Assembly: GCF_963921235.1 (NCBI RefSeq)
Contig: NC_086109.1
Coordinates: 31,312,001 to 31,376,000 of the forward strand
Origin: Mobula hypostoma
Lineage: Eukaryota
DNA length: 64,000 nt
Reading direction: 5' to 3'
Program-made: the position numbers and the translations under genes
Shown here: in pieces, positions 10,920 through 24,609 of the stretch
How the letters are laid out: each line of letters starts with the position of its first letter
Position numbering within the stretch: position 1 is the stretch's first letter
The notes under the pieces: model-generated
Databases searched by the model: none
Told to the model about the DNA's origin: nothing
What the model saw: only the letters and a program-made list of their open reading frames with translations

Positions 10920-13160
10920 ACTGCAAGGTGCTGGTTAAATACATCAACTTAAAGACAGTCCTGTCTATGTTCCACTAGCATGTTGATTTTTCTACCAGAG
11001 GTGAAAACACACTGGACTTGATTTATACCAACATATCAGGTGCACATACAGCTGATCCCACGCCCTGCATTGGGCTCTCAGATCACTTATCTATAATGCT
11101 AATTCTAGCTTACAAACTACTAATTAAATGGGCCAAACCAGTTATAAAGGTGGTAAAAACCTAGCCTGAGGGGGCTATCTCAGCATTGCGGGATTGCTTT
11201 GAAAACACGAACTAAAGAATACTCAAGGAGGCTTCCACCTATGGCAGCCACATTAACATCGAGGAATATGTGGATCCTGTGACCAGCTACATAGAGAGGT
11301 GCATTGAGGATGTTACCATCATTAAACATCTGGCTGGGGCAGGTGAGAAGTCGTGGCTTATTGCAAAGGTCCATGCACAGCTGAGGGATTGTGACGCTGC
11401 CTTTAGATTAGGGGATGTGACAGCTCTCAGGGAAGCAGGAACGGTGCTTTCCTTCTCCATCAGGAAGCTCTCAGAGAACATACGGCCCCTTCTGCATTAG
11501 CAGGGACATGAGGCACGTGTGGCTGGGAATTCAGAGGATGTCAGACTACAAGTCCACCCTGCTGGTCAGTGACCAGGATGCCTCTTGTGCTGACAGGCAG
11601 AATGTCTTTTACATCCGGTTTGATACAGGCGAGGAAGACACCCTTCCCCCTGGGGAGCAGACACTTTGAATGGCTGAATATAAGGTGAGGAAGACCCTGG
11701 CTAAAGTCAACCCACGAAAGACTGCTCAGCCCAGTAAACTGAGGTACTGACATATATATTCAACAGCTCTCTGGAGCAGTCCATTATCCACTCAAGTTAG
11801 CAACCATGATTCCAGTGCCGAAGAAGGTGACAGTAATCTGTCTCAATGACTTTTGCCTGGTGTTTTGAGGGGCTGGTCGTGGAGAGCATTAAAGCCTGGA
11901 TCCTTTCCAGTTTGTTTATCGCTTGAATCGATCCACTGATGATACAATAGCCTTTGTCCTCCACTTCTTCCTGTCCCGCCTGGAAAATGGGGTCTCATAT
12001 GTCAGGCTGCTGTTTATAGACTTCAGTTTGGCATTTAACACCATCATACCCTAGAAAATGGTGGAGAAACTGTCTTCACTGGGTCTCAACAACTCCCTCT
12101 GCAACCGGATTCTGGAATTCTTAACAGGAAGGCCACAGTCAGTCCGTGTGTCACACAGAAAGGTCACACAGTCAGTCCGTGTGGGCAACGATGTCTCTAG
12201 TCCTATTATGCTGAGCATGGCGCTCTCTAAGGCTGTGTGCTCCGCCTGCCGCTGTTCACACTCTGACACATGGCTGTGCCACAGAATTCAGACCATTGTG
12301 GATGACACAACAGTGGTTAGCCTCATCGACAACGATGATGAAACAGCATCCTGACAGGAAGTCGAGTGGCTGGTGTGGGAAGAACAACCTAAGTCTGAAT
12401 GTGGAGAAGACCAAGTAAATCACTGTGGACTTCAGGAAGTTGCAGCTGAACCATCTCCCACTGTGAATACATGGCTCCTCCGTAGAGAGGGTTAAGTGCA
12501 CCAGGTTCCTGGGAGTTCACATCACGGATAACCTTTCCTGATCCCTCAACAGCACCTCTCTGATCAAGAAGACACAGCAGCACCTACCCCCTCCATCTTA
12601 TTACAATTTTATAGGAGCACCATTGACATTGGCTTGACAAGCTGCATCTCCGTTTGGTATGGGAACATCCGAGTATTGGACCAGAAGTCCTTGCCAAGGA
12701 CTGTGAGACTGGTTGAGAGGATCAGAGGGATCTCCCTTCCATCCATCAGGGATACTTATCAGGAGTGCTATCTACACAGTGCCCTTAGTATTATTAAGTA
12801 TTCCACCCATCCATCCTGCATCCCCTTTGACTTTCTACCATCAGGCAGGGAACTCCATTGCATAAAAACAAGATGGTCAGGTTGGATGAGGAAACAATTT
12901 CTTCCCTCAGGCCATTAGGTTTCTGAACTCGCTGCAGCATTAATTTTGAAGCGTTAACAGTAAATCTTTTGTGTATCTAACAACGTTTAATTTATGCACT
13001 TCATTTTGTTTACTTATGAGCAGTTCATTAGTAGATTTTATCCATACTCTCTTAAGTTATTGTATATTTTATGTGTGTTACATGCTTTACACTCTGGTTC
13101 AGAGAGACGTTGTCATATTTGGTAGTGTACTTGTATGCATGTAGTTAATTGGCAATAAAT
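10920..13160 (+). mobile_element. Rex1/Babar LINE, long degraded copy (endonuclease end plus RT)
   Basis: [78 protein letters not shown] and DDTTVV motifs, with stops and frameshifts. Confidence 0.88.
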
Positions 13161-13929
13161 TGGCAGTGTATTGGGAGTAGGGCAAAGCACTCAAATTACA
13201 ATTCAGAGGACCACTTGTGTTGAGGGACAGGGTGAATGAACTGTTATGACCAATCCTATTTGACTAGGGTATGCTGGTCATCTTGTGTAGAAGCCAGTTG
13301 CAGATGGGGCCTCCAAATACAAGGTCCAAAAGTTTAGATGATGGCAATAGATGCATTCTCATTGTTGAGCTGATCCAGAATTGAATATGGTGCAAGCAAG
13401 ATGGTGGGCAATATTTTCCTGTATGAAAATTGCAAGGGGTCTAGATCACCTACCAATATTTCAAACTCTTTCAATATGGTCAATGTTAGAGCTACTGGTC
13501 AGTAGTAATTGCAACAGGTCACTTTGCTTTTCCTGGGGACAGAATAATGCAAGTTTCCTTGAAGCGGAATAGGGATAGGAAGCTGTTGGAGTTATAGGTT
13601 GAAGATGTCAGCGAAGACAATGTCCTACACATTGGTGTTTGGTTTCAGATCCTGTCCAGAGACTCCATATGAGCCCTCTCAGTTTATTGTTATGAGAGCT
13701 GATCTGACCTGCCACCAAAATGTGTGAGACAGAGTCAACAGGGGATAGGCAGGTGCACTTTGCTGGAAGTCGTTTGCCTGCTTAAGGCAGGATTAAAGGC
13801 ATTGAGCTTATTTGCTTATGAATCGGTCTTAGGCAAAGAAAAGACCTTTGTTGTAATTTCTGCATTTGCAAAGTTTCAAAATTAAAATTAAAATCTAAGA
13901 TTGGGGGGTAATTAAGGAAGTGAATCAAA

Positions 13930-14420
13930 GCTTGCAGGTAAGTGTGAGGTGTTGTGTTTTGGGAGGGTGAACAAGGGTAGGATTTAAATATTTAATGGTA
14001 GGGTACAGAGGTATGCAGTGGGACAAAAGGACCTGGGAATAGAGATCCATAATTCCATGTAAATGTATTACAAGTAGATAGGGTCATAAAGAAAGTTTTG
14101 GGCACATTGACCTTCATAAATCAGGGTATCGAGTACAGGAGTTGGGATGTTATGTTGAAGTTGTATAAAATACTATTGAGACCACAGCTGGAGTATTGTG
14201 TGCAGTTCTGGTCACCTTCCTAGTGGAAAAATATTAATAAAATTGATAAGAGTGCAGAGAAAATTTACAAGGATTTGCTGAGACTTGGATCACATGGATA
14301 GGATAAGTATAGAGGGCTATGGTCCGAGTGAAGGTAGATGGGACCAGGCAGAACACCATGCTGGCATGCTCTAGATGGGCCAAAGGGCCTATTTCTGTGC
14401 TGTAATGCTCTATGATTCTA
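13930..14420 (+). mobile_element. CR1 LINE 3' fragment with internal deletion
   Basis: Translates to ...VMLKLYKILLRPQLEYCVQFWSP, followed by a CR1-type 3' end. Confidence 0.8.
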
Positions 14421-15169
14421 TGTTCAGCTCAATATTAGATCAGTGCAAAGAGGTGGTGGTGCAGAGAGGAACACAGTGCAGAGAAGGTAGGACAGTGAGG
14501 GTGATAGAACTCTGAGAATGACAGAGTGCAATGAACATTTCAAACTGTAGACAAGACAGTGGTGTGCAGAAGGACAAAATGGTGTCAGAAGAAAGGTAGG
14601 ATTGATAGGTTGAACAACCTAGGGTTTTTCACTTTGGAGTGAAGGAGGGGGTGACTTGATAGAGGTGTATCCAAAGAGACCAGCACAGTGCAAAGAATCT
14701 CTGGATGCTGATAGTGTACAATGCAGTCAACGCAGTCTGCAAAGAGTCCAAATAAGTCATTACATATCATGGGAGCTGACACAGTCTAAACAGCCTGAAC
14801 AATTGAAGGAGCTTTGACATGAAGGCATGAATCAAGAAGGTTGGTTCTTTAACATATTTGCAAACGAAAAAATCATGGTAGCTGGCACAGTGTGCATTTG
14901 TGAGAAAAGAGTCAGCAGGTAGGGCAGATACCAGCAGAGTCAATGGGCATTGCAGACATAATGGGACCACAGTGTGGTGGAGTTAAGTGAGAGAGAGTGA
15001 GTGTTGGGGAGAGGCAGTTCAGTGTGGATTTGGCCATGACTCAAGGATGTCTCTCCAATTCCCTCTTGTCTACAACTGTTCTTGTCTGGTGCTGCAGGAG
15101 TTAAGGTTCATTGGCTGAGATTTGCCCAGTAACATGTTCCCCGAAAATATGGTCAAATGTCACTGCAAT

Positions 15170-16008
15170 TCTTCACAAGAATTGCTATAGGGAGGAGGAG
15201 GAGGGAGTACAGGGCTATGGTAGGAAACTTTGTCACATGGTGTGAGCAGAATTACCTGCAGCTTAATGTGAAAAAGACTAAGGAGCTGGTGGTAGACCTG
15301 AGGAGAGCTAAGGTACCGGTGACCCCTGTTTCCATCCACGGGGTCAGTGTGGACATGGTGGAGGATTATAAATACCTGTGGATACGAATTGACAATAAAC
15401 TGGACTGGTCAAAGAACACTGAGGCTGTCTACAAGAAGGGTCAGAGCCGTCTTTATTTCCTGAGGAGACTGAGGTCCTTTAACATCTGCCAGATGATGCT
15501 GAGGATGTTCTACGAGTCTGTGGTGGCCAGTGAGATCATGTTTGCTGTTGTGTGCTGGGGCAGCAGGCTGAGGGTAGCAGACACCAACAGAATCAACAAA
15601 CTCATTTGTAAGGCCAGTGACGTTGTGGGGATGGAACTGGACTCTCTGACGGTGGTGTCTGAAAAGAGGATGCTGTCTAAGTTGCATACCATCTTGGTCA
15701 ATGTCTCCCATCCACTACATAATGTACGGTTGGGCACAGGAGTACATTCAGCCAGAGACTCATTCTACCAAGATGCAACACAGAGCGTCATAGGAAGTCA
15801 TTCCTGCCTGTGGCCATCAAACTTTACAACTCCTCCCTTGGTGGGTCAGACATCCTAAGCCAATAGTCTGGTCTTGGACTTATTTCTTGGCATAATTTAC
15901 ATATTACTATTTAACCATTTATGGTTTTATTACTATTTAATTATTTATGGTGCAACTGTAATGAAAACCAATTTCCCCTGGGATCAATAAAGTATGACTA
16001 TGACTATG
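15170..16008 (+). mobile_element. Rex1/Babar LINE, 5'-truncated
   Basis: ORF 15157-15858 (WCEQNYLQLNVKKTKELVVDLRR, KKGQSRLYFLRRLRSF); (TATGAC)n tail. Confidence 0.9.
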
Positions 16009-16660
16009 AGAAGATGGCGGCACGACGCAGTGCGTGCGGCCGCTCCGAATGATAACGTATGTGTTAACTAGGGTGCCGTGCACAATCCGGATTTCATGGA
16101 GACAGCCGTGATAAGCACAGAGGAACACCTGGAGAAACTTCTGAAATGCCTGCTTCGCTGCCGCTGGCAGTGTGCAATTGAGAATCTCTGGAAGAGAAGG
16201 CCCCAAATCCTCAGCTTTGCCTATTGCCTGTTGCTGTGGCCGGGGTCGAAGCGCTTGGCAGAGATGGTGCTCGGTGCTCGGTGTCTGAGAGCTGGTCGGA
16301 GGCTCAGAGTTCTCGGACGGACTTGGAGTCGGACTGTGGTCAGATGCTTCCAGGATGCTGCATCGGCACGTTTGCGGTGCTGGGTGTTCACCATCTGCGT
16401 GAGATGATGGGACTTTCGAGAGACTTTGAGACTTTTTACAGTGCCCATGGTCTGTTCTTTATCAAATTACAGTATTGTTTTGCACTGTTGTAACTATATG
16501 TTATAATTATGTAGTTTTTGTTAGTTTTTCAGTCGGTTTGTCATGTGTTTCTGTGATATCATTCTGGAGAAACATTGTATCATTTCTTAATGAATGCATT
16601 ACTAAATGACAATGAAAGAGGACTGTGTGCCCTCATAATCTAATCTAAATCTAAATCTAT
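16009..16660 (+). mobile_element. Non-autonomous retroelement (SINE-like, GC-rich head, CTAAT tail)
   Basis: Starts GAAGATGGCGGC, CpG-rich, ends ctaatctaaatctaaatct; homologous to the second copy at 17930-18505. Confidence 0.65.
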
Positions 16661-16744
16661 AATCGTGAGTAATTCTGATAGAGAATTCTTCTTGAGATTG
16701 CTAGAGTGACTCAGAATGGGAAGAGATCAGTTAAGTCCATGAGC

Positions 16745-17740
16745 CAGTCCTCATCAGGGGACCCGAGGTGGAAAGGGTCAGCAACTTTAAATCCCTCAGA
16801 ATGATCATTTCAGTAGATCTGTCCTTGGTACAAAGAAGGTACAGCAGCACCTATACTTTCATAGAAGTTTGTGAAAATTCAGCACGTTATCTAAAGCTTA
16901 GACAAACATCTATATATGTGGAGTGGAGAATATACTAGTTGCATCACAGACTGGTATGGAACAGCAATGCCCTTGAGTGGAAATGCCTACAAAAAAGTAA
17001 CATGCACAAAATGCTAGAGGAACTCAACAGGCAGCATCAATGGAAATGAATAAATTGTCAGCATTTTGGGCTGAGACCCTCCTCCAGGACTGAAAAGGAA
17101 GGGGAAAAATTCCAAAATATAAAGGTGGGTGAGGGAAAAGGGGCTAGCTGAAAGGTGATAGGTGCAGCCAAGTGGGTAGGAAACGCCTACAAAAAGTAGT
17201 GAATGCAGCCCAATCCATCCATGGGTAAAGCCCTCCCCACCATTGAGTACATTTACAAGGAGCACTGTCGCAGGAAAGCAGCATCCATCATCAAAGGCTC
17301 CCACTATCCAGGACATGCTCTCGACTTACTGCTGTGATCAGGATCAAGGTACAGGAGCCTCAGAACCCACACTACCAGGTTCAGGAATGGTTATTACCTC
17401 TCAACCATCGGGCTCTTGATCCAGAGGATATAACTTCACTCTCCTCAACACTAAACTGCTCCCACAATCTATGTATTCATTTCTAAGAACTCTTCATCAC
17501 AAGTTATCAATACTTATTGTTTATTTATTTATTTATTATTATGATTTTGTTTATTTTTCTCTGAGCATTTGCAGAATTTGCTGTCTTTTGCATATTGGTT
17601 ATTTGTCTGTCTTGTGTACAGCTTTTTATTCATTCTATTGTTTTTCTTCGTCTTTATTGTGAATGCCAGCAAGAAAATGAATATCAGGGTTGTATATGGT
17701 GACATATATGTACTTTGATAATAAATTTACTTTGAACTTT
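16745..17740 (+). mobile_element. Rex1-type 3' fragment interrupted by a Penelope terminal fragment (about 17000-17180)
   Basis: Rex1 motifs on both sides; gcctacaaaaa(a)gta recurs at about 16985 and about 17185, flanking the insert. Confidence 0.7.
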
Positions 17741-17929
17741 GAACTTCGGAGTTTTCAAATTCTGATGAATTTCAAGGTCTTGATGAAAAGTCTTCGTCTG
17801 AAACATTGACTGTACATTTCTCTCCATATATAAGCCTAACATTCTGGGTTCATCCAGCATTTTGTGTCCATTGCTCAAAGTTTCCAGCATCTGCAGGATC
17901 TCTTGTGTTTAAGTTCTGCAATTGTTGTG

Positions 17930-18505
17930 AATTCACTCAGAAATCTGGAAAACTTCTGAAATGACTGCTTTGCTACCGCTGTTACTGTGTGGTAACTGGA
18001 ATATCCGGAGCTGAAGGCCTCAAAATCCTCGGCTTTGCGTGTTTCAGCAGCCGGGGAGAGGTCGAAGGCGCTCGGAGGAGGATGGCGCTCGGGAGGCTGT
18101 ATCGGAGAGGCTGCTCGGAAGCTCGGAGTTTCGGATGGATGGACTCAGGGTCGGCTGGGGTCGGCTGCTTCCAAGATATCCGCAAGTTGATGGTGCCTGG
18201 AGGCTTATGGCAGGGAGTTTCTCCCTTTTGCCGCCTGCTATCGGGGACTCGGGAGTCGATCGACTCGGGAGTTTGAGACTATTTTTTTACTGTGCCTATA
18301 GTCTGTTCTTTATCAAATTATAGTATTGCTTTGCACTGCTGTAACTATATATTTAATTATGTGGTTTTGTCAGTGTTAGTCTTTGGTCTGTCTTGTGTTC
18401 TGTGATATCACTCCGGAGAAACATTGTATCATTTCTTAATGCATGTATGTATTTCTAAGTGACAATAAAGGAGGACTGAGTGTTCCCATAATCTAATCTA
18501 ATCTA
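17930..18505 (+). mobile_element. Second copy of the SINE-like element at 16009
   Basis: Shares ctggaNaaacttctgaaatg, ctgttctttatcaaatta, ggagaaacattgtatcatttcttaatg and the ctaatctaatcta tail with 16009-16660. Confidence 0.7.
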
Positions 18506-18832
18506 AAAAAATCATAGATATGATTTACCCCAAATGGAAATGATTTTCAATCACATCACAATGTGAGAAGCCCTTTTCCCCATATTCAATTATAAAGCAC
18601 CAAAGCTTTTCAGTGTGTTCCTTACAGGGAAAAAAATATATAGTACTTTCTCCTTCGTATAATGTTGGAAAAATATTCAAGTTTTATGTACAGGAAAAAA
18701 TGCAGGTTCTGGGAACCTGAATATAAGATACTGGAAACACAGCAGTCCTGGCAGCCTCTGTAGAAAGAGTAACAAAACTTTAAGTCTTAGACTTCACACT
18801 TTGAACTAACACTTGATTGTCCACTACTTCAG

Positions 18833-19111
18833 TTTTACCAAGGCAGCTTGACATTGCACCCTATCAAATATCATGGCAAACTGAAGCAGGGTCTTGTGAA
18901 CAAGTTATTTTACTGACGAATAAATGCCACTTAATAACATTTTTGATAAAACATTTCATCACTTGGCCAATTCTACTGCTAAAATGCTACTGGTCCTGTT
19001 ACCTTTGCAGTATCCAGTGTTCTCATCAGATTGTTTGAAGGCTGTCTTTTTAATTATGTGGCAGACAGGAAGAAATTTGAAAATTCCTACGAACAGTATT
19101 GCAACCATTAG
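18833..19111 (+). pseudogene. Pseudo-exon E9
   Basis: ccactacttcag acceptor, TTAG|gtagtc donor; phase 1 to 1; VLPRQLDIAPYQISWQTEAGSCEQVILLTNK...CSHQIV*RLSF*LCGRQEEI*KFLRTVLQPL. Confidence 0.6.
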
Positions 19112-19315
19112 GTAGTCAACCCACCTGATACTGTATTTAAAGAGCAAATAGGTTTAAAACAATAATTTTCCTTCCTATGACAATACTATATCAATGCATC
19201 ATTCTTTTTAATAAATATTTGATTTGAATATTTGCCACTACTATTTTTTCTGATTCTCTTTGTTTGCAGCTTTCTTTTTATTTTTCATAAGGTTCATTGT
19301 CATCATTAACACCAA

Positions 19316-19842
19316 CACTCAGAGGACACTTTATTAGATTTACCTGCATACTTGTTCATTAATGCAAATATCTAATCAGCCAATCATGTGGCTGTAATTC
19401 CATACATAAAGGTATCCAGACGTGGTCAAGGAGTTCAATTGTTCAAATCAAACAGCAGAATGGGGAAAAATGTGATCTAAATGAATTTTGGTGCCAGGTG
19501 GAGTGGTTTGAGTATCTCAGAAACTGTTGATCTCCTGGGATTTTCACATACCATGGTCACTCATGTTCACAGAGAAAGGTGCAAGAAACAAAAATATATT
19601 CAGTGGATTGGTGGTTCTGTGGGTGCGAATGCCTAGTTAATGAGAGAGGTCAGAAGAGAATAGTCAAACTGGTTCAAGCTGACAGGAAGGAAACAGTAAC
19701 TCCAATAACCACGTGTTACAACAGCGGTATGCAGAAAAGGATTTCTGAATGCACAACATGTTGAACCCTGAAGACCACAAACATACACTCAGGGGTCATT
19801 TTATTAGCTACAGGAGGCACCTAATAAAGAGGCCCCTGAGTG
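19316..19842. mobile_element. Tc1/mariner non-autonomous element (same family as 7566-8124)
   Basis: TIRs CACTCAGAGGACACTTTATTAG...CTAATAAAGAGGCCCCTGAGTG|ta; internal sequence homologous to the first copy. Confidence 0.85.
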
Positions 19843-20143
19843 TATGCTTCCTCCTTACAATTTTATTTCTATTTCTCTGTTTGTGACAATAAGGAAAGTT
19901 TTATATTTTATTCCTGCCATTGAAGTGTATTACATAACAAATGTTTAACTGGAATTTGCATCAGGAGATAACTGCAAAGAGATATGACATAAATCATTTT
20001 GCCTCTATTAAGAAATGAAATATCATGAACATCATAACACTCATGGACATCCAATTCTAAACTCCTGATGAGCACCAGTCTTGTGCCACTCTGCATCAAT
20101 CTTGAATTGAATGCCTTCCTTTCCATTTTATTTGGTTATCTAG

Positions 20144-20258
20144 TTGGGGAGGAGTATCAGCACTTTGCCATCTGCTGGAACAATTGGATCCTTTTCAAGA
20201 TCTGAACAGTTTACTTATTTGAATATTCCAAGTAAATATATTTAGTCCCTGTAGATAG
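20144..20258 (+). pseudogene. Pseudo-exon E10
   Basis: ttttatttggttatctag acceptor, AG|gtgagt donor; phase 1 to 2; VGEEYQHFAICWNNWILFKI*TVYLFEYSK*IYLVPVD. Confidence 0.72.
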
Positions 20259-20325
20259 GTGAGTATTTACATATCGCTGCTTAGCTCTGTGATCAGTAGA
20301 TGTAGTGTATTTGTTAACTTTGTAG

Positions 20326-20414
20326 ATTAAACTCAAGTCAATCAAGCTGGGAACCTGACTTGGAAATTGGAATTTGATTTCTTATGGAACAGTGGTGGGA
20401 TTCAATTAATGAAG
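20326..20414 (+). pseudogene. Pseudo-exon E11
   Basis: ttaactttgtag acceptor after a 67-nt intron, GAAG|gtatgt donor; phase 2 to 1; RLNSSQSSWEPDLEIGI*FLMEQWWDSINE. Confidence 0.72.
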
Positions 20415-20604
20415 GTATGTATTTGAAAAATTAATCATACCACTCTCTTGTTCTTATTATAAAGAGCCCTTCAGTTTCTGAAGATCCAAAAACTGATCTC
20501 AGGAACCAACCTTATTGTAGATTAATGCAGTTAGAGAAGACAGATTGTAATTCTATTTTGTATGCCAAGAATTAAATTTCTCGGCATAACATTATGCTTT
20601 ATAG

Positions 20605-20686
20605 AATTACCTTCCAGCTGGATGAATCCAGTATCAACCAGATATTTTTCAAATATTCTAATAATTTAATGACAAAAAGGAATTAG
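20605..20686 (+). pseudogene. Pseudo-exon E12
   Basis: attatgctttatag acceptor, AG|gttact donor; phase 1 to 2; ELPSSWMNPVSTRYFSNILII**QKGI. Confidence 0.6.
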
Positions 20687-20839
20687 GTTACTATAGGACA
20701 GGATGGAATAAGAGGTTGTATTTAGTGGCATGCAGAAGATTTAACCATTCGTTGGGTTCACATCCTGAGAATGTAGTTCCATTGAAGTTTCTTAATATAG
20801 GAATTTGTACAACTAATGGCCAACATTGATTGATTGATT

Positions 20840-21126
20840 TATTTTTTATTTATTATTCCGTTAGTAATATAGCACCCAACAGGCCCATCAGACCCTTCGA
20901 TCCGTGCCACCAAGCAAATCACCAGTTTAACTCCAACTATTCACCAGACAGTTTACAATGACCAATTAACTTACTAACTGGGAAGTCTCTGGACTGTGGG
21001 AGGAAACCCACGTGGACACAGGAAGGAACATACAAACTTGCTTACGGAGGATGCCAGAATTAAAATTTGATCTCTGACGCCCCGAGATGTAAAATCATCA
21101 CACTAACCACTACGCCACTGTGGCAC
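20840..21126 (-). mobile_element. V-SINE-like tRNA-derived SINE
   Basis: The reverse complement has a tRNA-like head (GTGGCGTAGTGGTTAGTG) and the V-domain GGGTTTCCTCCCACAGTCCAGAGAC. Confidence 0.7.
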
Positions 21127-21529
21127 AGTTGCTTTGGCATTTAGCATGTGTGACCAAAAAAGACTCCCCCCTTCTCACTTCCTTAATAAAGGCCCTCCCT
21201 GGGTTATAAGAGCCTGACTTATTAATACCAGAAACATACAAATGAGTTTTAAAGCTCATTTATTATCAAAGAATGTATAAATTATTCACCTTGAGATTTG
21301 TCGGCTTACAGGCAGTCAGAAACCAAGAAACCCAAAGAACTGAATTAAATAAATGAAAGATCATAACCACTGCACAGAGAAAGAGTGAAAAAAATACCCA
21401 AATCATGCAAACAATAGAAGCAAGCAATAGCATTCCAAACCAGATTGAGTCCTTAGATCCATTCCCCGGAGCAGCTGGAGGAGGCACAATATTAATAATT
21501 TAACATTATTACATTCTGACCAAATTGCC

Positions 21530-22030
21530 TAACTGAGTTAGCCTTCTTTGCCTATATTTGGCCCATTTGCCTCTAAACCCTTCCTATCCATATACCCCTC
21601 CAAATGTCTTTGAAACATTGCAATTTGACTTACCTCTTGCAGCCCATCCCACATTCCCATTAATTCCTGTGCTACAAGCATACCCTCAGGTCTTCTTCAA
21701 ATTATTCCCCTTTTACCTTAAATCTTTGGTGTAAGAACATTCTAGTAAAGCATCTGCGACCATTCACCTTATCTATGCTCCTCATCATTTTATATACCTC
21801 TGTTAGGTCCCAAATCAGCTCTAATCTCCAAGGAAAAATGTCCCATCCCAGAAGTCTCTCCTTATAGTTCAAACTTTCCAATTACAGTAACATCCTTGGA
21901 ATGATATTCTTCCAATGGCTAGGTGACCAGTACCACACCCAATGCTTCAGGTGTAGTCTCACCAATGTTTTGTACAGTTGCAACATGGTGTCTCAACTCC
22001 TATAGTCAGTGCCCTGACTAATGATGCAGC
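21530..22030 (-). mobile_element. Degraded CR1 3' fragment
   Basis: The reverse complement shows the LYKTLVRLHLKHW and DLTEVYKMMRSID motifs. Confidence 0.7.
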
Positions 22031-22039
22031 AATTCAAGA

Positions 22040-23880
22040 ATATTTTTCTCAACTATAAACCGACTGTTCTACCTTGTCTGAAACTATAATGTCCTCAGTC
22101 AAGCATCTGCCACAAAATATGAGGGAATTTGCAATATTTTTTATCAGCAAAATTACTTCCATTAGGGCAAGTATAGCTACAGATACTGGTAACCTGTACA
22201 CCCAACCTCTTAACAAGACAGCAACCATGTCAACATTTACAAGTATTTCTGATTCATAGCTCGCTAAGATTGTAACAAAGATTAAATTGTCCACCTGTTG
22301 TCTCAACTCTGTCCCTACCACATTTTTTAAAGACTCTTCTAATAGTGTTTTCAATTCTGGGAGAAAATTATGAACACAACCCTATGAAAATGGAATTTTT
22401 CCAGATGCCTTCAAAACTGCAGCAGTCAATCCCCTACAAGCACCAAATCTTGATAGTGCGGTACTAGCTAACTATAGATCTATCTCTAATCTTCTTCTCC
22501 TGGGGAAGATTATTGAGAAAGTCATTTTCAACCAACTCAACTTTCTAAACAATATTCTAGAAAAGTTTCAGTTAGGTTTGAGAACAAACCACAGCATAGA
22601 GAAAACCCTTACCAAAATTGTCAGTGACTTCAGTCTGAGCACTGATGCCCAGAGACTATCAATTCTAATTCTTCTAGATCTAAGTGCTGCCTTCAACACA
22701 ATTGACCACACCATTCTCCTAGATTGTCTTGTCAATTGGGTTGGCCTTTCTGGTAGAGTCCTTAATTTGTTTTGTTCATTTATCTTACAGATAACTTTTT
22801 GTATTTTTTGGAGACTGATTTTCCAAAAGATACAATGTAACTTCTGGGTTTTCGCAAGGAAGACGACTTGAATCCCATAAGCTTATCCTTGTACATTCTC
22901 CCCTTAGGAGACACATTAAAGAGTATAAACTTGAGTTCCACAGTTATGCAAATGATACACAATTGTATGTCTTGTCTGAGCCAGACAATGATAATACCCT
23001 ATCTTCTCAGACTTCTGTCATGGTTGCAATACACAGAAAGATGACCAATAATTTCCTAAAGCTAAATGAAGATAAAACTGAAATACTTTTGGCTGGTCCC
23101 AAAACCAAAAGGGATAAACTTGGGGACTTGGCTCCAGATGTAAAATCAAAAGTAATTAGCCCAGTTTTTATCCTTGATTCAGATTTGAAAGAAACATGAA
23201 GACCTGAAGAAAGTGATCAGAGCAGCATTTCTACACTTAAGAAATATTGCAAAGGTATGTTAATTTCTGTCACGCAATGATGCTGAAAAACTAATTCATT
23301 CCTTTATATCGAATAGACCAGGTTACTGCAATGCACTTTTCATTGACCTTCCAAAGCAATCTATAGACAAACTTATTCTGAACGCGGCTGCTAGAATTTT
23401 AACCAAAACCAGGATGAGAGAACACATCACTCCCACACTAGCTGCTCTGCATTGGTTTCCTGTATCTTTTAGTATTGATTGCAAAATTCTCTCACTTGTT
23501 TTTAAAGCTCTTAATGGTCTGTGACCGGAGTACATCACAGAATCGTTTTCTTTTTATAATCCTGCTTGAGTTCTCAGCTCTCATTTCGTCGGTCTCTTAA
23601 ATCTAAATAATCTCCCTGAAAAGATAATTGGCAGGTCAGCTTTTTTGAACTACTCTCCTAAACTGAGGAATTCAACACCTAAAACTATAAAGGATACGGA
23701 CTCAGTTGATACTTTTAGACACCAGTTCAAGACGTATTTATTTAACCTTGCTTTTAGCTAATATATTTTTGTCTTTTTTTCATGCTTATGTTAATTTTAA
23801 TTTTTTTAATTTTATTTTTATGTTTGTACTTTTATCCTATTGTAAAGCACATTGTACTGCATCATCTGTGTGAAAAGTTA
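22040..23880 (+). mobile_element. L2-clade LINE, degraded RT region
   Basis: LANYRSISNL, SILILLDLSAAFNTIDHTILL, HSYANDTQLY, NNFLKLNEDKTEILL and REHITPTLAALHWFPV motifs. Confidence 0.88.
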
Positions 23881-24373
23881 CTATTATTCATTATTAATGA
23901 AGGCAACCATAGCAAACACCTTATTCACCATTCTGTCTATGTGTTGCCACTTTTGCGGAACTACATCCTTGCTTCCCAAGATCCATCGGTTTCACAATGC
24001 TCTTTTGGACCCTGCTATTTCTTGTGTAAGTCTTGCCCTGGTTTAGCTTGCCAAAATGCAACACATCACACTTGTCAGTGTTAAATTCTATCTGCATTCC
24101 TCAGCCTCCATTCCTAGTTGTTTTCCAAAGTTGAAAAAAATTTGCTTCTATTGATACATGTGCAAAGATATTCTATTAAGCAATATAACATTAAATGATA
24201 CTTTAAGCCCATTGAAAACAGCCATTGAACATGAGACATGCTAATTCTGCATCGTTACAACTTAGCAGGGGGAGACAATAAATGTTTATTTAATTGGCTC
24301 TCATCTATACCATTCTTTACAGAACTCTGTATAGTTAGGCTATTAGTGATTTTGTATATTTTTTGACTTACAG

Positions 24374-24609
24374 ACAAAATCGACTGATGGGTGGCCTGCA
24401 TCCAAAAAAAAATTGTTTTGATTTTCTTGGGAAAAATTAAAAGTTCCAAACAGAAGTACCAGCAATTTCCCATGCAAATGTCCCAATGCAAAAATCCCCC
24501 AGAAGATATCCAGCAAGAGAAGGTGAAATTACAGTAGTCCCAGAACATATAAGTGACGGAATATGGCAAGAACAAAAACTTCATTTGATTAGAGAAGAGC
24601 TACTGCAAG
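24374..24609 (+). pseudogene. Pseudo-exon E13
   Basis: ttttttgacttacag acceptor, CAAG|gtataa donor; phase 2 to 1; one stop in 78 codons: RQNRLMGGLHPKKNCFDFLGKN*KFQTEVPAISHANVPMQKSPRRYPAREGEITVVPEHISDGIWQEQKLHLIREELLQ. Confidence 0.78.
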
